A stretch of DNA of 64,000 bases from IMG/VR virus record IMGVR_UViG_3300046318_000318; one strand, written 5' to 3'. Under the pieces are notes generated by a model. It was given only the letters and a program-made list of their open reading frames with translations. It did no database searches and was not told where the DNA came from. This stretch comes from a virus (Duplodnaviria > Caudoviricetes). This document shows, piece after piece, positions 19,633-28,374 of the stretch; the first letter of the stretch is position 1; every line of letters starts with the position of its first letter. Position numbers and translations under genes: made by a program.

Positions 19633-20244
19633 TCACTGTGTCATTCTCATGTCTGTTAAAATCAGTTTTCTGACTGTGGTTTCCAAGCCAGGGAAAACTG
19701 TCAAAACATTAGACATCAAGTTATTCCTTACCTTATTCCTAAGATTGAAGTCGTTATCTGCATTGGTAGGATCTGTCAGATACTTTAACCTATAGAAGTT
19801 AGCATACTCTATAATAGTCTTCTTAGAAGTAGTTAACAAAGGTCTCTGCACATTACCATTTTGATAAGCCATCACTCTACTTCTACCTTGACAGCTGGTC
19901 ATCAGGTACCATTCAGTAGCATCAGACAGATGATGACCTGTAAGTACAGGCTTATCCATAGATTGAAATATGGTGTTTCTTTTTCTAGACCAAAAGGATT
20001 CTAGAGATGTGGAGTTATCAAACTCAGACAACTTGAAGGTTTTATAAGCTAAACCAAGCTGATTAGCTGTCTCTTTACAGAAAGCCAGTTCAGTCTTACT
20101 AAAGTCTGTGTTATGATCCACAGTAAGTAAAGTTACATTAACTCTCTTCCTTAACAGAAGGTGTAAAAGTACGACCGAATCTATACCGCCTGAAAAAGCA
20201 AGGTAAACATCTTTTTGAAGAGTCTTAAGTACATTGAGTTTCAT
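19633..20244 (-). CDS. tilS: tRNA(Ile)-lysidine synthase, catalytic domain only
   Basis: PP-loop LAFSGGIDSVVL, TGHHLSDATE, RPLL, DPTN...RNKVR; start MKLNV. Confidence 0.85.
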   Translation of the reverse strand: MKLNVLKTLQKDVYLAFSGGIDSVVLLHLLLRKRVNVTLLTVDHNTDFSKTELAFCKETANQLGLAYKTFKLSEFDNSTSLESFWSRKRNTIFQSMDKPVLTGHHLSDATEWYLMTSCQGRSRVMAYQNGNVQRPLLTTSKKTIIEYANFYRLKYLTDPTNADNDFNLRNKVRNNLMSNVLTVFPGLETTVRKLILTDMRMTQ

Positions 20245-20252
20245 GTGTTGAG

Positions 20253-20305
20253 AAAAAAAGAAAAGACACAACTGCTCAGAATCTATAAGACTCTAAGCAG
20301 TTGTG
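20253..20305 (-). terminator. terminator-like hairpin after the tRNA pair
   Basis: CACAACTGCT...AGCAGTTGTG followed by a U-rich run on the minus strand. Confidence 0.6.
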
Positions 20306-20314
20306 CTTTTTTGT

Positions 20315-20626
20315 TGGTAGGCAGGATGAGATTCGAACTCACTATCTTCGGCTTCACATTTGTGTTAGTTTCCTAACTCTGTGGACTATATCACCATCCT
20401 TAACTTAATATTAGGATGTCGGGCGCTTTACTCTGTTATTAAGAAGATTCTACTTCTCAGATAGTCTCTGCACTTTCCTAGGGTATACCCTAAGCTTAGC
20501 TCAGTATTGCCGTCGTCATTATACGTTACGGTTTCACTGAATTCACCCGATTATTCAATACTGATTACTCAGTAAGGTCACCATTGAGATGAGGCCGCCG
20601 CTTATAACCCCTTAAGCTTCCCGCCT
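20315..20626 (-). tRNA. tRNA with CAU anticodon (probably Ile2), interrupted at 36/37; exons 20589-20626 and 20315-20354
   Basis: Acceptor AGGCGGG/CCTGCCT-A-CCA, loop CT-CAT|AA, T arm GTGAG-TTCGAAT-CTCAT; adjacent to tilS. Confidence 0.88.
20355..20588 (-). ncRNA. group I intron (IC3-like, 234 nt) in tRNA-CAU
   Basis: GAATTCAGTGAAACC, AATACTGAGCTAAGC, GTGCAGAGACTA, GATATAGTCC; P1 CAU/GUG; ends in G; layout like the Azoarcus tRNA-Ile intron. Confidence 0.9.
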
Positions 20627-20635
20627 ATTTTACAC

Positions 20636-20939
20636 TGGTCCGCCCGGCAAGAATCGAACTTGCAACTAAAACTTAGCGTCACACTATAGTTTTCACTACC
20701 AGGTTACCCTGTTTGTGCGCTGGACTTTGTCTTGATCATGACCTACTTATGATAGGTTTTAGATCTTTGCCGTCAAGTCTCTACACGTTCTATCCCTTTT
20801 GAAAAAGATAGCTTCGCTCGGCGTTGGCATCAGCATTACCTGTTAAGCGTTCACCGAATTTGACAAAATTCACTGAATACTTTCGACATCCAGTGCTCCT
20901 AATTGAAGGTTCTTGTTATATCCATTTAACTACGGGCAG
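20636..20939 (-). tRNA. tRNA-Arg(UCU) interrupted at 34/35; exons 20906-20939 and 20636-20676
   Basis: CTGCCCG/CGGGCGG-A-CCA, D arm GTTA-AATGGATA-TAAC with A20, loop CTT|CTAA, T arm GCAAG-TTCGATT-CTTGC. Confidence 0.88.
20677..20905 (-). ncRNA. group I intron (IC3-like, 229 nt) in tRNA-Arg
   Basis: AAATTCGGTGAA, AACGCCGAGC, GTGTAGAGACTT, GACAAAGTCC (P7 GACUU/AAGUC); short P1 with U.G; ends in G. Confidence 0.9.
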
Positions 20940-20944
20940 ATTAT

Positions 20945-21830
20945 CTTTAATAACACTTTATTCAAATGTTATTAAAGATACCCAATATCACTATTGGGTC
21001 TTACCACTTATTACTCACGTAAGACAAAGCTCACATTTTCACATTAGATTCTATATTCTTTTACTCTTATAGACTTTACAGTCAGAGATATTCCTTTAAG
21101 AATCTTACGTGGGTTTAAAGTCTTTCTACCATATCGTGTTATTAGTACCAGGGGCTGACTATGCAATCTTAGGCTTTTCCTGGATTCAGTCATGCTACAA
21201 CTAATAACGCATCAGAGTAATTACTTCTGATATTTGACTTAGGTAATCTCCATTAGACTTATACCTTCTGTATTTAATCCGACCAGACTGCCTTTCGCAT
21301 GTATCTGGTTTTACTGTTTCCAGTAGTGAGCTAAACTCACATTTCGGTCAGATTGGTCCCAGAGTAACTCTGGACTTTGGAGATGGGCACCCACTCGTTA
21401 AAGTGTTTTACCGTCTTTCGATAACTTTTACGCTCATTGACATAGCATGTGGTTTAAACATCGCTTGTCTTGATGGACTACAAGTTATTTTTTCGGTGGC
21501 GTCTTGTTTATCTGTCTGCTTAATCGTTGTCGCTATTCCAAGGGCGAGTCCACCCATCCTGGCGAATGAGCTTCAATCTCTCACGACTATCCTATAAACT
21601 TTTAAGCTTTTCCATTATTTCAGACCTTACAGCTAACGTCTATATCAGGCGATTAATATAGACATATGCGTATCTGTTGTCATGGCGACAGATGTTCTCG
21701 ATGATTGTTCAAGAACATCGATATTCCTCACATGAGTACATTACTGAAACTCATGCAACCTTTTACAAGGACGATATACTTAGGAACGCTAAGTATAATT
21801 AACTGTCTTTCACTCTCGTGTGGAGCTATT
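20945..21830 (-). ncRNA. candidate large structured ncRNA (~0.9 kb) upstream of the tRNAs
   Basis: No credible ORF; dense perfect hairpins and multi-branch helices, several GNRA loops. Confidence 0.5.
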
Positions 21831-21876
21831 GAACTTAAAGCCACCAGTATCAAGACTAATCCTGGTTTCAATGATA

Positions 21877-22074
21877 TTATTTATATACCGCGCAAGGCGG
21901 TCGAGGTTTTTCTGGTGGGGATTTGATAGACCCTGTCGTTGCAGCAACACGTTTAGCCCTAGCAGACTGCAATCGTTTAAGGCTGTTGTCTATCTCATCC
22001 AGTTTGAACAACGACACAAGGTCGCACGCTCTCCAGAAATAACCCCATGAGAAATCATTCCACATGGCGATCAC
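21877..22074 (-). CDS. hypothetical protein
   Basis: 65-aa ORF in operon orientation. Confidence 0.45.
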   Translation of the reverse strand: MIAMWNDFSWGYFWRACDLVSLFKLDEIDNSLKRLQSARAKRVAATTGSIKSPPEKPRPPCAVYK

Positions 22075-22078
22075 TTTC

Positions 22079-22384
22079 TTAAGTTTGTTTCAGCTCTTCT
22101 ATCATCAGTTCAAGCATACGCTTTTTAACTTCAGGATCTATGCTCTTGGGAACATAAACAAGTCCGCGTATGGCAAACTCTTTCATGTAAGACAACGACA
22201 TTTTTGTCGCGTTGTCAAATCTGGTTTCACATGCTGTCAACCTAGAACCAGATTTTAAACTCTCTATGTAGTTTACAAAGTCATCTGAACTAACCATACC
22301 TCTACAGATATCAATAAAGATATTATAAGGATGGGTATTGAGGTTGATTTCCATATGTTCCTTAGTGCATGCACCCTTGCACAT
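22079..22384 (-). CDS. hypothetical protein
   Basis: Up to 101 aa (start may be MEINL); promoter-like repeat at 22407-22435. Confidence 0.6.
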   Translation of the reverse strand: MCKGACTKEHMEINLNTHPYNIFIDICRGMVSSDDFVNYIESLKSGSRLTACETRFDNATKMSLSYMKEFAIRGLVYVPKSIDPEVKKRMLELMIEELKQT

Positions 22385-22657
22385 TATACAAGAGGTAAAT
22401 AAAATTTGACACTATTGTCAGATAGAGTTTATATAGCTATAGTTGTTTAGAAAAGGGAAAAATAAAACCACCAGGTGTTACCCTGGTGGTTTTATCTTGC
22501 GCTTACCCGCTTTTCAACTCGGAAGACCAAAACACCATGCGATCCTAAAGCCAGATCGTAATAATTGCTCGTTTTACCGAGTCCAACCATTTATATAGGA
22601 GACACAGAGCTGGAGCTAATCCCAGTCGCCACTATGTACCTCAGTCTTTCCATAACA

Positions 22658-23251
22658 TTATACTTGATTCTGTTTTTGATATCTGAGTTGATTTTCATAG
22701 TAATAAACTTTGAACTTACAGTAATATTTCAAATGTTTGAAAACTGAGAACATGAAAGCCAGGAATATACTCATTAAAGATACCAGCAGTAAACTTGTTG
22801 TGATAAATATAAGACCGGTACCGCTAATGGCCTGAGTCATTAATAACACTATAACAACATAAGAAGTTATCTTACTGATTGTGGGTAATCGATATAAGAA
22901 GAACTCATTGTTACTTATAACAAAACAATCTTTTAAAGTTACGCTGGTTCTGTGAGATCTTATATAGTTACCGGTATGGATGTTAACACTATTCTCATAT
23001 TGCAAACCCAGAAGTACCAAATAGATACTTACACATGTTGCTAGATATGCAATCAGAAAGACAACCGTCTGAACAAAGAAAAAGTCTGTTTTATCTAGAT
23101 CGTAAAGATAAAGATAAAGCTGTTTTGTTCTTTCATCTATGAAACTCAGAAAGGTTTTATCCCGAATGAGGATAGAGTAACTGAATAGATACCAGAATAC
23201 CAAAGCTATAACTGAATAGCTGACACCGAATAAGTTTCTAAGAAAAAGCAT
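22658..23251 (-). CDS. membrane protein
   Basis: Several hydrophobic segments. Confidence 0.65.
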   Translation of the reverse strand: MLFLRNLFGVSYSVIALVFWYLFSYSILIRDKTFLSFIDERTKQLYLYLYDLDKTDFFFVQTVVFLIAYLATCVSIYLVLLGLQYENSVNIHTGNYIRSHRTSVTLKDCFVISNNEFFLYRLPTISKITSYVVIVLLMTQAISGTGLIFITTSLLLVSLMSIFLAFMFSVFKHLKYYCKFKVYYYENQLRYQKQNQV

Positions 23252-23954
23252 GATTGATCCTGAGATTAAGTCTGTTTTTGATAGCGTCAGTGCCGGTATA
23301 ATCTTGAAAGTTTGAGAAACCTTCGTTCAATTGCAGCTTGATGAAGCAAAAAGCCAAAGCTCTGTGGACAAAGCTCACATATTTTTTCCTGCTGAAGGTT
23401 TGTGAAAATCTCACACTCTGCGTCATCTCAGGTGTGAGATGGGTGAGATAAGCATCTTTAGTTTTACCAGCCTCTAGTAGATCCAAATACTTTAGAGATT
23501 TGTCTATCTCCTCAGCAGTAAACTTAACCACTATGTTTTTATGATCAAGAAACATAAGGCCGATAGGTGCAAAGATAATCATCTCTGAGTAACCTATGCT
23601 ACCCCTGTGAGAGTTATAACATCCCAGTAACATGTTATACATATCCATGGATTTGGGTCTGTATAAGATCTTATTAGATATGTCTGTCGTCTCAGCCTTG
23701 GCTAACATGAGCATATACATATTAGATACACTTCTGGTAAGAAGCACCTCTAGACTATCTTCTTTTTGATATGTCAGTTTGGAGAACATATCTTTAACGT
23801 CTTTGACTAACCAGTTGTTAAAGTCCTTTTTGTCTGTAGAGACAGGGTTAAACATACTAGAGATGAGGTTTTCAGAATAATCAAGCAGGCCTTCCAACAT
23901 CTTACCTGGTATGGGATAGTCTAAAAGTTGCGTTTCTTCAAAGTCTAATTTCAT
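23238..23954 (-). CDS. hypothetical protein
   Basis: 238 aa, overlapping start/stop. Confidence 0.7.
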   Translation of the reverse strand: MKLDFEETQLLDYPIPGKMLEGLLDYSENLISSMFNPVSTDKKDFNNWLVKDVKDMFSKLTYQKEDSLEVLLTRSVSNMYMLMLAKAETTDISNKILYRPKSMDMYNMLLGCYNSHRGSIGYSEMIIFAPIGLMFLDHKNIVVKFTAEEIDKSLKYLDLLEAGKTKDAYLTHLTPEMTQSVRFSQTFSRKKYVSFVHRALAFCFIKLQLNEGFSNFQDYTGTDAIKNRLNLRINHAFS

Positions 23955-24157
23955 TTTGTTACCTTAGATAGTTGATTGAGTTTGATTCGGTAATAATTTA
24001 AAGATACTGACCTGGCTCTTAGCTGAGTCAATCTTTTTTCCTGTTCAGGTGTATATTCTTTACCAACCTTTGAATCATGTACTTTATAAAAGAGTTTGTT
24101 GATCTTTTCTAAGAGTCGAGTGGATTGATCCCATTTATGGACATTTGTCATGTTCAC
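23951..24157 (-). CDS. hypothetical protein
   Basis: 68 aa, coupled. Confidence 0.6.
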   Translation of the reverse strand: MNMTNVHKWDQSTRLLEKINKLFYKVHDSKVGKEYTPEQEKRLTQLRARSVSLNYYRIKLNQLSKVTK

Positions 24158-24906
24158 TTTATCTTTCTGATATGTTTACAACCTAGACAGTGATTAGGTA
24201 CTATTTTGTCTTTAAAGCTTAACAAAGCAGCTTCTCTAGAAAACCCCTGTGGTTCTTTTATATAGCAACAAGGTAATTCAACGCCATCTATTGTATAAAA
24301 CGGATTGTTTTTATTTCCGTTTAGAAAATCACAAGTTATGGCTTTGGCTTTGTCATCCGGGACTTTAAATATAATTTTCTTATTTTCGGGATATACAGAT
24401 ACATAATCAGACTTAACTGACAGTTGATTAATATTGTAAAAAATATTATTTTCTTTTAACCAGAGTAAAGTGCTTTTTAAGTCTTGACCCACATTGGTTA
24501 TTTGCACATCCACAACAGTCTGCTTATGTGATTTTAACAAAAGTATATTTTGCATCACCTTTTTAACATTATGCCTGCCTATTGACTTACATGTTTCTTC
24601 GTCAATGCTGTCTAATGAAATAGATATTCTTTTAAAATATTTAATAATTTTCTCTATATCAACAACAGATCCGTTAATTATGGAATAAGGTATATGACCT
24701 CTAGAATAAACATAATCAACTCCTTCCCACCAGTATTTCCATAAGGTTGGTTCGCCTTCACCCTGTAGTTTAATAACAGACGTGTCTTTAAGCTTATCTA
24801 TAATTGTGGTAAAGGTATCCCAGGACATATCTTTTTGCTCCATGGTCCTGCCTGTGCAATACCAGCAATTATAATTACAACGCGTGGTTACTTCTATTTG
24901 TATCAT
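24154..24906 (-). CDS. radical SAM protein with C-terminal Cys cluster (twitch/SPASM-like)
   Basis: CNYNCWYC, GEGEPTL, SISLDS, C-terminal C...CC...CLGC. Confidence 0.85.
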   Translation of the reverse strand: MIQIEVTTRCNYNCWYCTGRTMEQKDMSWDTFTTIIDKLKDTSVIKLQGEGEPTLWKYWWEGVDYVYSRGHIPYSIINGSVVDIEKIIKYFKRISISLDSIDEETCKSIGRHNVKKVMQNILLLKSHKQTVVDVQITNVGQDLKSTLLWLKENNIFYNINQLSVKSDYVSVYPENKKIIFKVPDDKAKAITCDFLNGNKNNPFYTIDGVELPCCYIKEPQGFSREAALLSFKDKIVPNHCLGCKHIRKIK

Positions 24907-24986
24907 TATTCACATCACATGTTTTCAATTTATCGTAAATAAAAATAACGCAAAAAAGATAAGCAGGGATTTACCCCTGCTTATCT

Positions 24987-25265
24987 TTAAACCTTCTGCA
25001 CTTTACCGCATGTGGAACAGGTGATTTCACCGTTCAGCATGTAGAACTTGCACGGGTCTTGAAATGCTATCTTGTCGTAGTCGCAAGCAAGGTTCTTGCT
25101 TTCTACGATGGTGGTGATAGCTGTGCGCTCTTCTTCAGACCCAGCCACTACTTTGTAGTCTGTGTATTTAGGGATACACAGAGCACGTTTTACATTTTGG
25201 AAGAATGATTTAAACATTTTCCGCCTTTGGAATCTGGTGGTCTGTGGTAAAAGCCATTTTTCCAC
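24987..25265 (-). CDS. small protein with C-terminal CxxC (start uncertain, likely MFKSFF)
   Basis: ORF ends TCSTCGK; terminator follows. Confidence 0.55.
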   Translation of the reverse strand: MEKWLLPQTTRFQRRKMFKSFFQNVKRALCIPKYTDYKVVAGSEEERTAITTIVESKNLACDYDKIAFQDPCKFYMLNGEITCSTCGKVQKV

Positions 25266-25560
25266 CCATGTGCCTGAGCTTTACGTCACAGATGTTTTCG
25301 ATCTGCTCGTCCATCATCTTATCGATTTTGGATTTGATGAAGTCTTGCATTTCAGGTTTTTCCAGCTCTTTACTGATGATTTCTTCGATCATTGAGCGAC
25401 CAATGCCTTTATCTTTGACGAGTTTGCCATTTATATAGGCATCTCTTTCATAGAAAAAAGCGTAGAAGGCGCTGTTGATAGTTTGATCTATCTGAAGCTT
25501 GAGTCTTTTTTCGATGGCTGGTTTATCGATCAACTGATCGATGTTGAATTTGATTTCCAT
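25210..25560 (-). CDS. hypothetical protein
   Basis: 116 aa, leader AGAAAGAATGTACC-ATG. Confidence 0.7.
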   Translation of the reverse strand: MEIKFNIDQLIDKPAIEKRLKLQIDQTINSAFYAFFYERDAYINGKLVKDKGIGRSMIEEIISKELEKPEMQDFIKSKIDKMMDEQIENICDVKLRHMGGKMAFTTDHQIPKAENV

Positions 25561-25593
25561 GGTACATTCTTTCTTGAGACAGGATTGATTAAA

Positions 25594-25797
25594 TCAAGCC
25601 AAAGCAGATTCTTCCAACTCCAGCATGTTGACAGGCACATGTGCCTTATCTCTGGACTGTTCATATTGAATATGAACACGAGCGGATCCGACAGGCGCAT
25701 CTTCCACTACACGGATACGGAACTTCATTTTCAACCGTGATGTGAAAATACCCTTAGTACCTTTTTTGATCAAGGTCTTGCTGACTGGTTCAGTCAT
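25594..25797 (-). CDS. hypothetical protein
   Basis: 67 aa, coupled. Confidence 0.6.
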   Translation of the reverse strand: MTEPVSKTLIKKGTKGIFTSRLKMKFRIRVVEDAPVGSARVHIQYEQSRDKAHVPVNMLELEESALA

Positions 25798-26074
25798 TTC
25801 TTTCTTTCTTTACAGGTTCTTCTACAAACAGTATATAGATGACTGCGTAGATAACTAATAACAAATTAAACAAAATGATCGTGGACACACCTGTCCAGAA
25901 GATCACAGCAGCCAAAGGCTGGTCTGGTGTATACCAGTGTGTGAACACAACACCAAAAGTCAGAATAAACACCACAAGTGCAATCAGCTTAATGTTAACT
26001 GCTTTCTGATAGTGTTTATGGAAGACGTTATTTGGGTTATCTCTATAGCTTGAGCTTTCAAGATACTTGTTCAT
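25790..26074 (-). CDS. two-TM membrane protein
   Basis: Two hydrophobic helices. Confidence 0.65.
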   Translation of the reverse strand: MNKYLESSSYRDNPNNVFHKHYQKAVNIKLIALVVFILTFGVVFTHWYTPDQPLAAVIFWTGVSTIILFNLLLVIYAVIYILFVEEPVKKERND

Positions 26075-26577
26075 GATCTTATATAAGTTTTCATGTGTTT
26101 GTCAGCTATGTGTATAGTATCTAGTTGAATCCGTCTGGTGACATCATCTTCCATCACACACATAGCCTCGTGCATGTCTTTAACCTGATTGACTTCAGAC
26201 TCAGTGAATCTGTACCAATCAGGATTAGTTTCATGTTCAGAAGCTTTTACCACCAGCATGTTAAAGACAGCTTCTAGCTCATCTACAGTTTCTTGCACAT
26301 AAACCACTTTAGCTATCTCTACCGCATGCTTGGTTCTAAAGGCTGCGTTATACCAATCAGTAGGTGTGCCTGTATTGGTTTCAAGAGCTTTGATGGTTAA
26401 TTCAAAAACTCTTCTGATCTTATCCTTCAGTTCTTTAGGAACAGCAAAAACCACTGGGGTGTGGGTTTTGTATTTCTTTTTGACTTGAGGGCGTTGTTTG
26501 AGTTTAAGTTCTATTACCACGGCTAGGGATGAAGTTATCCAGATAGGTGTTGATGTAATAGGCTGCCTCAGCTGCAT
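26071..26577 (-). CDS. hypothetical protein
   Basis: 168 aa. Confidence 0.65.
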   Translation of the reverse strand: MQLRQPITSTPIWITSSLAVVIELKLKQRPQVKKKYKTHTPVVFAVPKELKDKIRRVFELTIKALETNTGTPTDWYNAAFRTKHAVEIAKVVYVQETVDELEAVFNMLVVKASEHETNPDWYRFTESEVNQVKDMHEAMCVMEDDVTRRIQLDTIHIADKHMKTYIRS

Positions 26578-26737
26578 CTTTACATCTCACGATGGAAGTA
26601 GACAGCCTGTACTTGAGAAATATCGTACCTGACTCAAGTATGGAAATACCTATAGGGCAGTTAACACCGTCCAGATTTGTTTCTTTGACAAACTTAGAAA
26701 GTCTGTTAACAGCTTTATCCAGTAAACCATCAGTCAT
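26504..26737 (-). CDS. hypothetical protein
   Basis: 77 aa, coupled to upstream stop. Confidence 0.5.
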   Translation of the reverse strand: MTDGLLDKAVNRLSKFVKETNLDGVNCPIGISILESGTIFLKYRLSTSIVRCKDAAEAAYYINTYLDNFIPSRGNRT

Positions 26738-27255
26738 TTGACTTCCTTGAAACTAGCGATGAAATTCTTCATGCTCCCAGCAGGTGTGGTGTTTCCAGTC
26801 TGGACTTTAAACCCAACACGAAACTCTGACTCAAGACCTTTGCCAGAATCTACACGTTCAAGACAAAACATGTATAGGCCATGTTCATCAGCCACAGCGT
26901 CCAGAGCCATGGCTTGATCATGACAACTAACTGTCATGAAATATTCTTGAGGTGCTTGCCTTGCCAAAGCCAGACATAGGTTGAGTTGATTCTCACGCAT
27001 CTTGTTGACGTGTTCGTGAAATTCTTTCTTCAGGGTGCGCATCTCAGCTTTCAAAGCTTTGTTTTCTTCTTTGATAGCGTTGAGTTGTTTGTTCTCTTTC
27101 AGAACATCCTGAAGATCCAGGATCAGCTTAGCAATATTAGAAAAATCAAATTTTGAGGTTTGATCTTCCATAGCTACTGTAACGGCATTTTGAACTGCTG
27201 ATTCATTAACCTGTTTCTTGGTAGCTGACTTCACAACTTTACTTTCATTCAACAT
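26734..27255 (-). CDS. coiled-coil hypothetical protein
   Basis: 173 aa behind the conserved promoter-leader. Confidence 0.75.
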   Translation of the reverse strand: MLNESKVVKSATKKQVNESAVQNAVTVAMEDQTSKFDFSNIAKLILDLQDVLKENKQLNAIKEENKALKAEMRTLKKEFHEHVNKMRENQLNLCLALARQAPQEYFMTVSCHDQAMALDAVADEHGLYMFCLERVDSGKGLESEFRVGFKVQTGNTTPAGSMKNFIASFKEVK

Positions 27256-27300
27256 GATACATTCTTTCTTTAATGAGACAGGATTGTCAAGTAAAGTCTA
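27253..27300 (-). promoter_or_regulatory. conserved promoter-leader element
   Basis: ACTTTACTTGACAATCCTGTCTCATTAAAGAAAGAATGTATC-ATG, nearly identical at 29202 and 59836. Confidence 0.65.
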
Positions 27301-27395
27301 TATAACCGTAATTATTTACGAGGGTTTAATCAAATAGTAAACATCGTGAATAAAAAAATAAATATAGAACAGCCCTTGTGAGGCTGCTCTATATC

Positions 27396-27629
27396 TTATC
27401 TGTCTAATTTCAAATCGATCAGCTTAGTCAGCTTATGGATAGTGTTATATCTGTCCATCTCATCATCGGTTATAAACACATCGAAATGTTGTTCTAACTG
27501 CATGATGATCTCTACTCTATCCAGACTGGTTAATCCTACGTCACTATTTAGAACGGTATCTATTGTGACGTGTTGATTGGTAAACTCAGTCACGATCTGT
27601 TTTATTTCAGATTCTGTTGTTGTCCTCAT
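27396..27629 (-). CDS. acyl carrier protein-like
   Basis: ~77 aa, acidic; VGLTSLDRVEIIMQLEQHFDVFITDDE matches the ACP phosphopantetheine-site pattern (TSL for DSL). Confidence 0.8.
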   Translation of the reverse strand: MRTTTESEIKQIVTEFTNQHVTIDTVLNSDVGLTSLDRVEIIMQLEQHFDVFITDDEMDRYNTIHKLTKLIDLKLDR

Positions 27630-27665
27630 GATACATCCTACGTTGATACATAGGATATTCAATCA

Positions 27666-28181
27666 TCACTTCTTACCACCGGTGATAAGCCTTGGGGACC
27701 AACCCTTCTTAATCACAGTCTCTTCTGAAACTTTAAATTCTTCAGGTTCTTTTTCTTCAATGGCATGTTCATTAACAGTGGTGTGTTCGGTAAGCTTATC
27801 CTTACCTGACTTCTCAGCTATTACTATCTTTGTAAGCTGGATGAAGAATGATGTAAAAGGATAGGGGATAACCGCATCTACATCTACATCAATAATAGCA
27901 TCTATTTCGTCCAGAGAAATCATGATGTTTTCAGGCTTGCCGTTGAACCTGGCCTGAAAACTCAGATAATGTTCATAAACACCAAAATTGTGCACAGACT
28001 CAGGTGATAGATTAAGAGTGATAACCCCTTCTTGACTTTTATGCTGCTCCAGGAAACCTGCATGGGTCTTAGGGCGATACCAGATATGTACACGATGACC
28101 TTGCTCAGTCAACAAAGTGTAGCTGGATGCAAAGGCATCTGTTACAAGTTTTTTAACGTCAAGTTGAATTTGAACATTCAT
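27666..28181 (-). CDS. SspB-like ClpXP adaptor
   Basis: ITLNLSPESVHNF...LSFQARFNGKPENIMISLDEI, acidic tail. Confidence 0.75.
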   Translation of the reverse strand: MNVQIQLDVKKLVTDAFASSYTLLTEQGHRVHIWYRPKTHAGFLEQHKSQEGVITLNLSPESVHNFGVYEHYLSFQARFNGKPENIMISLDEIDAIIDVDVDAVIPYPFTSFFIQLTKIVIAEKSGKDKLTEHTTVNEHAIEEKEPEEFKVSEETVIKKGWSPRLITGGKK

Positions 28182-28374
28182 GATTTTGTTCCTTAGTTGG
28201 AAGTTGGTGATTGTGAGGGTTGAAGATGATGCCGTCGGTACGTTTAAGCCAGGCTACAGCAACATAGTTGACTTGAGGATAACCCCTTTGTGTGATGCCT
28301 GTAATAGTACCAGGTCCTACAGGACTATCTTCTATGGTATCGCCTATCTCAAGATATTCAGGGTTCATAGTCAC
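28159..28374 (-). CDS. hypothetical protein
   Basis: 71 aa, coupled. Confidence 0.6.
   Translation of the reverse strand: MTMNPEYLEIGDTIEDSPVGPGTITGITQRGYPQVNYVAVAWLKRTDGIIFNPHNHQLPTKEQNHECSNST

Noticed and set aside
20315-20626. Initiator tRNA-fMet call for the CAU tRNA
   Set aside because: No C1:A72 mismatch and no GGG/CCC anticodon stem; tilS is adjacent. Elongator Met is not fully excluded.
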